Positions 6,734 through 15,235 of a stretch of 19,446 nucleotides of DNA are shown here, piece after piece. Both the position numbers and the translations under genes were made by a program. This DNA is from Candidatus Thorarchaeota archaeon. GTDB lineage: Archaea; Asgardarchaeota; Thorarchaeia; Thorarchaeales; Thorarchaeaceae. Where the stretch lies: contig JBHLQM010000027.1 in the NCBI GenBank assembly GCA_048884785.1, positions 16,229 through 35,674 of the forward strand. The letters are read 5' to 3'. The stretch's first letter is position 1, and the number at the start of each line of letters is the position of its first letter. Under the pieces are notes generated by a model, which was given only the letters and a program-made list of their open reading frames with translations, was not told the origin of the DNA and made no database searches.

Positions 6734-8368
6734 TTACTCTTCTTCTTCTTCTTCAAACATCTGTTTGGAACTCTTCCGCATCTGGGCAAGACCTTTGGTA
6801 AACGCCTCATCTGCTGCTGCAGAGGGAGCGCCTGATGGGGCCTCCTCCATCATCTGATCGAGCTGCTCCATCTCATTCTCTTCAGCCCTTAGTGCGTCTT
6901 CCACCATTTCGTATTTTGCCTGTGCAGGTTTTGGCGCTGCTTTGGCATATTCTTTCATTGCGGACCTAAAGGCAGCAATGCGCTTCCTGCCCTTCTTTCT
7001 ACCCTCAGCTCCTTCAGCAAATGACTCCTCACCAGCTTTCTGTGTAACAAAGGTTGCTCCAAGCGTTGGGTCTAGGGTATCCATGACCTCCTCCTCCTTC
7101 TTGGCAACCTTGAGCGTGGCGGTGACCGCACGGATTCTTCGAGCACCCTCCTCGTCTGTGTATGTAACTTGAACCTGAATGGGTACCTCATCTTCTTTGA
7201 TTTCCTTCTCAGGTTCAACTTCAAAGTAGAGCTCATGGTTCTCTCCGACCACTCCGATTTTGCTCTCCTTCCTCTTGGTCAGCTCTTCTATGACGGTGCG
7301 GGATACGCCCGATGCATCTTTTACCTTGACTCCCTTAGGAGTCACAAGCCTTACTTCCACATCGCGTCCAAGCAGACTTGCGCCAGCAAGTTCTGAGATA
7401 CTCTTGTCCAGTTCATTGGGCGTGACATAGTACATCTGGCCTCCTGTAGCCTCTGGTAGTAGACCCAAGGTCTTCAGTTCCATACCAGCACCTGATGCGA
7501 TTCCAACAACATCGACCGAAGTTCCGAATTCGAGAAACTTGCGGCCCATCTCTTCATAGAAGGCTCCTGCAGGAGTGACCTGATATCCCTCAAGAGCCCC
7601 AATTCCTTCGTTAGCAAGTCCATCAGTCAAGAGGACTACTCGTCCTACATTGCGGTGCTTAGCAACAACTGACGCCATTGCGACTGCAGGACCCAGAGCT
7701 GTGCCACCTTGATCTCGTAGAGAAGCGACGTGACTCTTGAGTCTATCAGCATTCTTGCCAACATGTACGAGTTTGATTTTGTCTAGCAATTTCTTTGTAG
7801 CATTGACAATGTTATCATAGCTTGGAAATGACTCATGTGGGAGCTGTATTTCATTCCCCGTTTCCAAATCTCTATAGAGCACGCTGCTCTCAAACTCGAC
7901 CAGCCCAAACTGTGTATCGGGTGCATTTGCAGCCAAGCTCTCAATAGATGTAGTTAGACTTCGCTTGACAGCGGATAGATTTGCTCCAGCCATTGAACCT
8001 GATACGTCTATGAGCGCTAGGAATGACCTTCCACCCGTGGAGATGGTCCCAGTTTCAGTTTCAGTTTTGACAGGAGGAGGCTTGATTAGAAAGTCCCCAT
8101 CGTCTCCAGCAAGAACGACTTCTCCTCCTATAATGTTCAAGGTTCCACAGAACGCACAGTGGAAAAATTTTCCAACTTTATTGTTTTCTTCCACTTGCTC
8201 TACACTCATCAGAAAGCCGCCACATTTCTGGCATGCAATAGGCTTTCCTATAATCTTCGTTACATCCTTTGCGAGGTCTCCAAAACCAATTCGCAGGACA
8301 TACGGAATATCGCTCATCAGCTTCTTTGATGCTGGAAAAGCCTCTGAGCTCGTTCTTAACATAGGCAT
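6734..8368 (-). CDS. Sec23/Sec24-like protein (Zn finger + vWA trunk + beta-sandwich + short helical region)
   Basis: Zn finger PIACQKCGGFL...FHCAFCGTLN; vWA with DVSGS, GGTALGPA, RVVLLTDG, FYEEMG...SVDV, TGGQMYY; beta-sandwich VEVRLVTPKGVKV...G, LYFEV, IQVQVTYTDEEGARRIRAVT (Sec23/24 consensus as recalled: Q...Y....G.RRIRV.T). ATG at 8368 follows GGAGGT; ORF track start is 8398. Confidence 0.85.
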   Translation of the reverse strand: MPMLRTSSEAFPASKKLMSDIPYVLRIGFGDLAKDVTKIIGKPIACQKCGGFLMSVEQVEENNKVGKFFHCAFCGTLNIIGGEVVLAGDDGDFLIKPPPVKTETETGTISTGGRSFLALIDVSGSMAGANLSAVKRSLTTSIESLAANAPDTQFGLVEFESSVLYRDLETGNEIQLPHESFPSYDNIVNATKKLLDKIKLVHVGKNADRLKSHVASLRDQGGTALGPAVAMASVVAKHRNVGRVVLLTDGLANEGIGALEGYQVTPAGAFYEEMGRKFLEFGTSVDVVGIASGAGMELKTLGLLPEATGGQMYYVTPNELDKSISELAGASLLGRDVEVRLVTPKGVKVKDASGVSRTVIEELTKRKESKIGVVGENHELYFEVEPEKEIKEDEVPIQVQVTYTDEEGARRIRAVTATLKVAKKEEEVMDTLDPTLGATFVTQKAGEESFAEGAEGRKKGRKRIAAFRSAMKEYAKAAPKPAQAKYEMVEDALRAEENEMEQLDQMMEEAPSGAPSAAADEAFTKGLAQMRKSSKQMFEEEEEE

Positions 8369-8505
8369 GCAATTATACCTCCAAAAACTTGCGGCCACTC
8401 ATGCATGAAAGGTATTAAGTAGTTCGACGATGAAACTCGGGAACGAACAACATTTAAACAGGAGGGCGTTTAGAGGAAAAGCAGTACTCCCTAAGGTGAT
8501 AATAG

Positions 8506-8871
8506 ATGGTTGACCAGACAAAAATCAAGGGTATTGTCAGTGACACAATGGCTGCAAACGCAGACATTGAAGGAATAATTGTATGTGATTCGAAAGGGCA
8601 GGTAATATTCGGTCACACACTATCTGATGGTATCAAGCATGACGATGTTGCCAAGCTTGTTGTCAAAATCTCGGCGAATTCGTCCTCGCTCACTTCTGGC
8701 ATCGACAAGGGAGGACTCAAGGAGGTCAGCATTGCTGCTGATGACGGATTTATCGTTATCCTCGGGGATGTTAAAATGGTGCTTGCGGGAATTGCGGGCG
8801 AGGGTTCCCGGGAACAGATGGGATTAATTCGCATGGCACTAAGGCGTGCGCTCCTCTCCATGATTAGCTAG
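8506..8871 (+). CDS. Roadblock/LC7 domain protein (fourth, divergently transcribed)
   Basis: IEGIIVCDSKGQVI...IDKGGLKEVSIAADDGFIVI...QMGLIRMALRR. SD AAGGTGA and a TATA-like TTTAAA at about 8453-8458; T-run after the stop (8897-8902). Confidence 0.82.
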   Translation: MVDQTKIKGIVSDTMAANADIEGIIVCDSKGQVIFGHTLSDGIKHDDVAKLVVKISANSSSLTSGIDKGGLKEVSIAADDGFIVILGDVKMVLAGIAGEGSREQMGLIRMALRRALLSMIS

Positions 8872-9058
8872 ACAAAAATATGCTTCAGCATTATCCTTTT
8901 TTACTCTTCAGAGGTTATTCCAGACTGTCTGAGGGTATACCTGGATATGATGTGGGTATTACCACAGTCATACCAACGGTATTTAGCACCGTGTATCCCC
9001 TCGGTATAATAGACGCGTCATGTGCTTTAAGGCATAAGTGAATCGGAAGGGATGCATC

Positions 9059-12000
9059 TTGGTCCATATTCAGAAGCTTGTATGCAAGGGCTTCAAGTCA
9101 TTTGGTCGAGATAGTGTCATAATTAGGATGAATCCTGGATTCACTTGTATTGTTGGACCCAATGGATCTGGAAAATCGAATGTAATTGATGCAATCCTTT
9201 TCGTCCTAGGACAGTTAAGTGCCAAGACCCTGAGGGCAAATGTATTCTCGGATCTTCTCTATTCGCCTCCGAAACCTGATATGCCTCCAAAGGCAAAGAA
9301 TGCGACTGTAGAGATTCATTTTGACAACAAGGATAGAAAGTTGCAGGTTGATGCAGACAAGGTAGTTGTCGAGAGAGAGCTTGATGATAATGGAAAATCG
9401 ACCTGTCGTGTCAATGGAAAGGTTGTTACTCGGACTGCCGTCCTAGATTTACTTGGGGGAATAGGAGTAGACCCTAATGGCTACAATCTGGTTCTTCAGG
9501 GCGAGATTGCACAGATGGTCAAAGTCAGCCCTATTGACAGACGAAAGCTCATTGAAGAGATAGCTGGAATATCTGCCTACGATGAACAAAAGGAACGTGC
9601 TCTCAAGAAGCTTGCAGAGAGCGAGAGCAATCTTGGCAAAGTAGAGACCCAGCTTATGGAGAGAAGAAGACAACTCGAAAAACTTGAGTTGGAGAGAGAG
9701 GATGCTCTTAGATACACACAGGCAAAGAGTGAGATTCAGAGAATAAAAGTAGACAGCGTTGCATGGTCTATTGTGAAAGGTCGAAGTAGGATTGTGGCCA
9801 TAAACGATACCCTCGCGGAGCGTGCTGCAGAGGCGGAAAGTCTGGTCAGAGAACTTGAAGAAATAGAAAAGAAACATGAAGAGATTGAAGCCGAGATTGA
9901 GAACATTGATGCTGAGATTGATCAGATAACCGGCGGGGACTCTGCCAGGATTTCTGAGGAATTTGGTATCGCATCAGCTGCGGTGAACCATGTTGATTCC
10001 AATCTCACTAGGGTCAAGGGTGAGTATGAGAAGATCATCCAACAGAAAAAAGACATTGAAGAACAGATATCGCTCGTTGGAAATCAGATCACAAGTGCCA
10101 AACAGAAGATTGAGGAAAAGGAAATTGAACTCTCTCAACTCGATAAGGAAATAGAAGAGTGTCAGAAAGATATAGCAAGACTTGAGGAGAGTTTTCAGAA
10201 GGAGCAATCAAATTACTATGAAACTGCACAGCGTCTGCAAGACCTGAACAATCAGATGCGCGCATTAGATGAGGGAGTATCTGAGGTCAGGTCTGCAATC
10301 AAATCCGATAACAAGGAATTAGGATTGGCATATGAGGACATTCAAGATGCTGAAAGCAGTCTCGCAAAAACCCAGGAAGAACTGGTAGAACTCGAGAGTT
10401 CCCTTCCGGAAAAAACGGGTTCACTAAAACAACAGGAGCAACTAGAGCAGTCCAAGGTACTAGAACTCGAAGAGATGGAAAGACGCCAAGAGAGAGTGGA
10501 TATAGAAGCAAGCGAAGCAGCAAGAATTGTCAGCGAAACAAGAGAAGAGCTGATTAGATTACAGGCCCGACGTGATGCCCTTAAAGATGCAGAAGAGGCA
10601 TTCCTGAAACGCCAAAAGGCCTTGTCAAGAGTTCTGGAACTTCGAGATTCAGGGGAGATTGAGGGAATTTACGGGACTGTTGCTGAACTGGGCAAAATTG
10701 ACCCTGAGTATTCAGTAGCAATGGAAGTCGCAGGGGGAAATAGGCTCTCTCATATTGTTGTAGACGATGAAGAAGTTGCTACTCAATGCATAAACATTCT
10801 CAAGAAAGAACGTGTGGGTCGTGCCTCATTCATTCCTCTCAATAAAATTAAGGCAAAAAGTCCAGGAAAACTTCCCTCAGATAGAAGGGTGCTTGGATTT
10901 GCGATAGACCTTGTTGAATTTGAGCCTAAGTTCAAACCGGCCTTTGAATTCGTCTTTCAGGATACTGTGATTACTGAGGATTTTGAAACGGCCAAACAAG
11001 TGGGATTCAGTCGATACCGAGCTGTTTCTCTTGAGGGCGATTTGGTTGAAAAATCAGGCCTTGTTACTGGAGGCCACTTTCAGCAGAGAGGTCCTGGTCT
11101 ATCTCTGCAGCTAGAAGATAATAGTGCAGAGATTGCGAACCGGCTGAAGGGCTTGGAGGAGATACTTGCTGATGTCCGAGAACAGCAGGAAGAAATACGT
11201 CAAAGAAGAAGAACCCTAGAGAAGGAAATCGAAAAACTGTCAAAGGAGAACTATAGAGGGCAGCTCGAAACAAAGCAGCTAGATGATCGTTTTCAAGAAA
11301 GAAAACTTAGGACTAGTGTACTTGCCGAAAAGATAACGACAACAAAGCAAACAATCGAAGCATTGGAGAGTCAAGTAAACGACCTAAGAGAGAGAGATGC
11401 CGAGCTCAGTGAGCATCGTGAAACCGTCAGGGCGTTACGAGATGAGGCAAATGAAGCGCTGGTAAAATCAGATGCAAACAAGATCAATCAAGATATCAAG
11501 GATTTGAAAGAGGTTCTTGAACATCATAGACGGGAACGAGAGGACTTAGTCAGCACGCTAACTGGTCTACAGGTTGCTCTTGATGAGAGGTTAGCGCCTA
11601 AGGACAAGGAACTACAGGATAGTCTTAGTAAACTCCTCGCAATTCTGCCTGGACAGAGTGAGGAGCTTGCCGAATTAGAGAGCGACTTCAGTGCGAAACA
11701 GGAAGAACTGGATAGGCTCAGATCTGAGAGAGCAAGAGTAGAAGATGCAGTCAAAGATAAACGAGTAAAACAGATGCAGCTTAAAGAGGACCTCCGAAAT
11801 GCTCGCTTCCGTCACGAGGAAATTCGAGAGTCTCAGACAAGCAATGAGAAGTCGGTGTACAGACTTCAGACTGAGCAATCTCGACTAGAGACGGATTTGG
11901 TTGCATTTACTGCAGAACTTGAGAATATGGCTGATGTTGAAAAAGAGATTGAAGACCGAGCTAGAAGAGAAGAGATAACATATCGCCAGATTGAGGAATT

Positions 12001-12649
12001 TGAGGAGAAGATAAAGGAACTAGAACGTGAACAGGAAGCTATTGGTGCAGTCAATTTGAAGTCACTTGACGATTATGATGTTGAGAAGGGCAGATATGAA
12101 GAGATTGTTGAGAAAAAGACCAAATTGGAGCAGGAGCACAAGGAGATAATTGCCTTTATGGAGGAGCTTGAAGCAGAGAAGACTCGCAAATTCCTTTTGG
12201 TCTACAACGAGATTGCCGATAATTTCTCCAAGGTGTTTGCTAAATTGTCACCCGAAGGAGAAGCAACCCTAATGCTAGAAAATCCAGAACACCCCTTGAT
12301 GGGAGGAATCACCGTCAGGTCTAAACCAAGGGGTAAAGAGCTTGTAACACTCGATGCAATGAGTGGTGGAGAAAAGACACTTACTGGCCTTGCTCTTATT
12401 TTTGCGATTCAGATGTACAACCCAGCTAGCTTCTACGTGTTTGATGAAATTGATGCGGCTCTGGATGATGTGAATGCTCATAATGTTGCGATGTTGATTT
12501 CTGAGATGGCCAAGTCATCTCAGTTCATTGTTGTTTCTCTCAGGGATACTACAGTCAGACAGGCAGACCTGCTCATTGGTATCTCAAATCAAGATGGTAT
12601 CTCAAAGATTGTCTCAGTAGATCTCGAGGAGGTTGAACAGGCAGCATGA
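9059..12649 (+). CDS. smc: Chromosome segregation ATPase SMC
   Basis: GFKSFG, Walker A GPNGSGKSN, Q-loop VLQG, long coiled coils, hinge (GIYGTVAEL, GRASFIPLNKI, G.VTGG), VNL.SLDDY, signature MSGGEK, Walker B/D-loop FDEIDAALD. TTG at 9059 preferred over GTG at 9038. Confidence 0.98.
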   Translation: MVHIQKLVCKGFKSFGRDSVIIRMNPGFTCIVGPNGSGKSNVIDAILFVLGQLSAKTLRANVFSDLLYSPPKPDMPPKAKNATVEIHFDNKDRKLQVDADKVVVERELDDNGKSTCRVNGKVVTRTAVLDLLGGIGVDPNGYNLVLQGEIAQMVKVSPIDRRKLIEEIAGISAYDEQKERALKKLAESESNLGKVETQLMERRRQLEKLELEREDALRYTQAKSEIQRIKVDSVAWSIVKGRSRIVAINDTLAERAAEAESLVRELEEIEKKHEEIEAEIENIDAEIDQITGGDSARISEEFGIASAAVNHVDSNLTRVKGEYEKIIQQKKDIEEQISLVGNQITSAKQKIEEKEIELSQLDKEIEECQKDIARLEESFQKEQSNYYETAQRLQDLNNQMRALDEGVSEVRSAIKSDNKELGLAYEDIQDAESSLAKTQEELVELESSLPEKTGSLKQQEQLEQSKVLELEEMERRQERVDIEASEAARIVSETREELIRLQARRDALKDAEEAFLKRQKALSRVLELRDSGEIEGIYGTVAELGKIDPEYSVAMEVAGGNRLSHIVVDDEEVATQCINILKKERVGRASFIPLNKIKAKSPGKLPSDRRVLGFAIDLVEFEPKFKPAFEFVFQDTVITEDFETAKQVGFSRYRAVSLEGDLVEKSGLVTGGHFQQRGPGLSLQLEDNSAEIANRLKGLEEILADVREQQEEIRQRRRTLEKEIEKLSKENYRGQLETKQLDDRFQERKLRTSVLAEKITTTKQTIEALESQVNDLRERDAELSEHRETVRALRDEANEALVKSDANKINQDIKDLKEVLEHHRREREDLVSTLTGLQVALDERLAPKDKELQDSLSKLLAILPGQSEELAELESDFSAKQEELDRLRSERARVEDAVKDKRVKQMQLKEDLRNARFRHEEIRESQTSNEKSVYRLQTEQSRLETDLVAFTAELENMADVEKEIEDRARREEITYRQIEEFEEKIKELEREQEAIGAVNLKSLDDYDVEKGRYEEIVEKKTKLEQEHKEIIAFMEELEAEKTRKFLLVYNEIADNFSKVFAKLSPEGEATLMLENPEHPLMGGITVRSKPRGKELVTLDAMSGGEKTLTGLALIFAIQMYNPASFYVFDEIDAALDDVNAHNVAMLISEMAKSSQFIVVSLRDTTVRQADLLIGISNQDGISKIVSVDLEEVEQAA

Positions 12650-13362
12650 GCGAAGATGAGGGGTTTCCATTTTGGGCAACACCACCCTATATCTTGCTGA
12701 CCGATGTTCTTCAACTAGACAAGATTGAGCCTTGGAACGTGGATGTTGGAAAGCTAGTAGTTTCGTTTCTCAGAGAGATGAAACGTTTGGGGGATATTGA
12801 CTTCAGAGTATCTGGAAATGCACTCTATTCTGCATCCGTGATTTTCATGAGGAAGACTAGAGAACTGGTTGAGCTGGGAATTCTTCCTCCTGAAGTTGAT
12901 GAGGACGATGACGATTTTGAGATTCCAATGATTCATCCTCCGTTTCGACTCACTAACCGTAGAGTTACTCTTCAAGAACTTCTAGTGGCTATGGATCGTG
13001 TTTTGACCAAGGGTGTTCGTAGTCGTGCTAGTCCAACCAAGCAAAAGATGAGAACACGGGCTGATCCCCTCACATTCAAAATGGAGATAGATAGAGTTAA
13101 TGTCGAGGAAAACATAGCAGATGTCTTGGCAGACTTGCACAGGTTGATGAAAATTGGAGAGATTGTGAGATTCGTAGATATCTTGATGAATCACACTCGA
13201 AGAGAGATTGTACGAGTCTTCTTTGCACTATTGCACCTCTATGCTAGAGCCTATGTTGACATTTGGGAGGATGATAGGGGCGTTATTCAGGTACAGCTCC
13301 TCGAACCTCCTGAAGAAGAGGACTTTGATATTGAGATGTCGCAGTCCCAACTGGAGTTGTAG
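12646..13362 (+). CDS. scpA: Kleisin, segregation/condensation protein A
   Basis: ATGA overlap with smc; EPWNVDV, DFRVSGNAL.SAS...K, RRVTLQELL, and C-terminal winged helix FFALLHL. Confidence 0.93.
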   Translation: MSEDEGFPFWATPPYILLTDVLQLDKIEPWNVDVGKLVVSFLREMKRLGDIDFRVSGNALYSASVIFMRKTRELVELGILPPEVDEDDDDFEIPMIHPPFRLTNRRVTLQELLVAMDRVLTKGVRSRASPTKQKMRTRADPLTFKMEIDRVNVEENIADVLADLHRLMKIGEIVRFVDILMNHTRREIVRVFFALLHLYARAYVDIWEDDRGVIQVQLLEPPEEEDFDIEMSQSQLEL

Positions 13363-13365
13363 ATA

Positions 13366-13917
13366 GTGAGCGAAGATCTCTTGACTCTTGAAGCTGCTCT
13401 TTACGCAGCAGGAAGACCGCTAACACTTCAAGAGCTTGCAGAGCTAATCGCAAAGGCAGAGTCTACGACCAAGAAACTCCTTGAGGATTTGGGGTTTCAA
13501 TACAATAAGAGAGAAGGTGCCCTAGAAATAATCTCTCTCCCGCGTGAGCGATACGTAATGCAGCTGAAACCAGAGTTGACTCCACGGGTTGGTAAGTTGA
13601 TACCTGGGGGCCTACTGTCTTTTGCAACACTTCAGACTTTGGTGTATATCGCATTAAAACAGCCAGTTGTTCAATCTGAGCTAGTGAACCAGAGAGGCAC
13701 ACACTGTTATGACCATGTTCGGGAGCTTGTAGAAAAGAAGTTTATTGACGCCACACCAGAGGGAAGAAGCAAAGTACTCAAGACCACACCACTTTTTGCT
13801 GACTATTTTGGCTTGGATCAAGACAAAATCAAATTGAAAGCTCAGCTCAAATTCAAACTAAAACGGATACTCAGCGAACAAAGCGAGCTGGAAGATAGAA
13901 ATGCAGAACTCCTCTGA
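13366..13917 (+). CDS. scpB: SMC-Scp complex subunit ScpB (kite, tandem winged helix)
   Basis: LEAALYAAGRPLT, LS.ATLQTL.YIALKQPV, RG...YDHV.EL, GR...L.TT..FADYFGL. GTG start 3 nt after the scpA stop. Confidence 0.95.
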   Translation: MSEDLLTLEAALYAAGRPLTLQELAELIAKAESTTKKLLEDLGFQYNKREGALEIISLPRERYVMQLKPELTPRVGKLIPGGLLSFATLQTLVYIALKQPVVQSELVNQRGTHCYDHVRELVEKKFIDATPEGRSKVLKTTPLFADYFGLDQDKIKLKAQLKFKLKRILSEQSELEDRNAELL

Positions 13918-13961
13918 ATATGTATCAAGGATATCGCTATCACAGAGGCGTCCAAAATTAG

Positions 13962-14417
13962 CTATTCTCTAGAAATGCGGAGCTTCTGAAAAATTCGAGA
14001 TAGAGTTGCTATGTCATCCTGTGTCAATTGACTAAACATCTTTTGAAAGAACTCATTTCTTCTATCTGTCCTTTTCTTCAATAGCTGGAGAGCCTTCTGA
14101 CTCAATCTAATCTGGACCTGCCTTCGATCAGTTTCCAGTCGCTCTCTCAAAAGGTAACCTCCTTCTACCAGTTTATCCACATAACGCGTTGCGGTGCTTG
14201 CAGGAAGTGGAAAGTGCTCACATAGATCCCCCATGGTACTCTCTGATACTTCACCTACATACTCGATGATTCTTATTTCTTGAAGAGAGAGGTTTTCTTC
14301 CTCAAAATCAAGTATTCTCGATACCTGTCGTACTAATCCGAAGTACGTGTTCAGCATGTTTTGAAGATTTTCTCCCATGATAATGTGATCATCATTCAGA
14401 TTCATAAATGTTTCCAT
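13962..14417 (-). CDS. MarR-family transcriptional regulator
   Basis: LSLQEIRII...TMGDLCEHF...STATRYVDKLVEGGYL.RER..TDRRQVQIRLS, a typical MarR winged HTH with DRR wing. Alternative start at 14405. Confidence 0.92.
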   Translation of the reverse strand: METFMNLNDDHIIMGENLQNMLNTYFGLVRQVSRILDFEEENLSLQEIRIIEYVGEVSESTMGDLCEHFPLPASTATRYVDKLVEGGYLLRERLETDRRQVQIRLSQKALQLLKKRTDRRNEFFQKMFSQLTQDDIATLSRIFQKLRISRE

Positions 14418-14481
14418 AATGGAATATTACCAATATGGAAGCATTTATATACTTCCATTATGGAAATATTCTATAATGGAA
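14412..14481. promoter_or_regulatory. Four 13-bp palindromic operators TTCCATWATGGAA flanking a central TATA box
   Basis: TTCCATAATGGAA 14412-14424, TACCAATATGGAA 14428-14440, TTTATATA 14444-14451, TTCCATTATGGAA 14453-14465, TTCTATAATGGAA 14469-14481. Located between the divergent marR and membrane-protein genes. Confidence 0.85.
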
Positions 14482-14504
14482 ATTATATCCGGTTGGTGAA
14501 AATA

Positions 14505-15161
14505 TTGAGTACAGTTTACCAGAAAATAGATGCCTTCTATGGAAGATTGAACGGAAGTTACTATGGCATTATGGCAGTAGTGACATCTGTAGTATCACTT
14601 GTATTCGCAATTCTGCTTTATGTTGGAATCGATCCTTCGTTCTCATTTCTGACTCATTACTTGAGCACAATTGGGGCATCTCCAACGGTAGCAGGATTGG
14701 TCTATACTCTAGGAATGCTAATCACGAATCTGTTTAGAGTGCTTTTTGCGCTATTCATAATCAGGTTCTTCCAGCTAAAGGGTTCCGGGAAGAAGATAAC
14801 TTGGACTGTCTTCGGAATATCAGTAATAACCTCGATAGGCTGGGGGATTAATACATTTGTCCCTTACACTCTCAGTCTTATGCTACATATTTCTAGCATC
14901 ATGGTCTATTTCTTTGGGAGTATCATATCCCAAATGCTGATTGTCGGAATTGAACTCAAGAATCCAGGGATTCCAAACTATTTAGCCGTCTTTGGATTCA
15001 TAGTGATAACCACCTTTCTCGCCTTTTTTGTACTGGAGATTGCGGTGTTCACATCAATGATGACCGACAAGACCCTATCCGTAATATCCGAGTGGCTCGC
15101 ATATCTGTCGATAATTGTTTGGGTGACAGTGCATAGTATCTATACAAAAAATGCAATCTAG
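14505..15161 (+). CDS. Polytopic membrane protein (about 5-6 TM; DUF998 / Frag1-DRAM-Sfk1-like)
   Basis: Alternating hydrophobic segments with FS...HYLS.IG, LH...(F/Y)F and SEW motifs reminiscent of this family. TTG at 14505 follows GGTGA; the ORF track's extension to 14361 runs through the operators and marR. Confidence 0.7.
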   Translation: MSTVYQKIDAFYGRLNGSYYGIMAVVTSVVSLVFAILLYVGIDPSFSFLTHYLSTIGASPTVAGLVYTLGMLITNLFRVLFALFIIRFFQLKGSGKKITWTVFGISVITSIGWGINTFVPYTLSLMLHISSIMVYFFGSIISQMLIVGIELKNPGIPNYLAVFGFIVITTFLAFFVLEIAVFTSMMTDKTLSVISEWLAYLSIIVWVTVHSIYTKNAI

Positions 15162-15168
15162 AAATTTC

Positions 15169-15221
15169 AAAAAGTGATGTGTTCAAAGAGAAATCAACTA
15201 TTGAACACTTCACTGTTTTTT
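15169..15221. terminator. Bidirectional hairpin terminator between convergent genes
   Basis: AGTGATGTGTTCAA (15173-15186)/TTGAACACTTCACT (15201-15214) pair at 13 of 14 positions, with an A-run before and a T-run after. Confidence 0.65.
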
Positions 15222-15235
15222 ATCATCTTGTGCAA

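Noticed and set aside
8506-8871. Profilin assignment
   Set aside because: The size is similar, but the GxLxEVxI...G and GLIR patterns match roadblock/MglB proteins.
9059-12649. Intein or frameshift in smc
   Set aside because: The length is normal (about 1196 aa), motifs are continuous, and no splice-junction motifs were seen.
14412-14481. Repeat array as a mini-CRISPR or mobile-element end
   Set aside because: The repeats are 13 bp with 3-12 nt gaps, no cas or transposase genes are present, and the position fits transcription-factor operators.
14361-14504. 48-aa N-terminal extension of the membrane protein overlapping marR
   Set aside because: It is translation through the operator array; GGTGA followed by TTG at 14505 is the better start.
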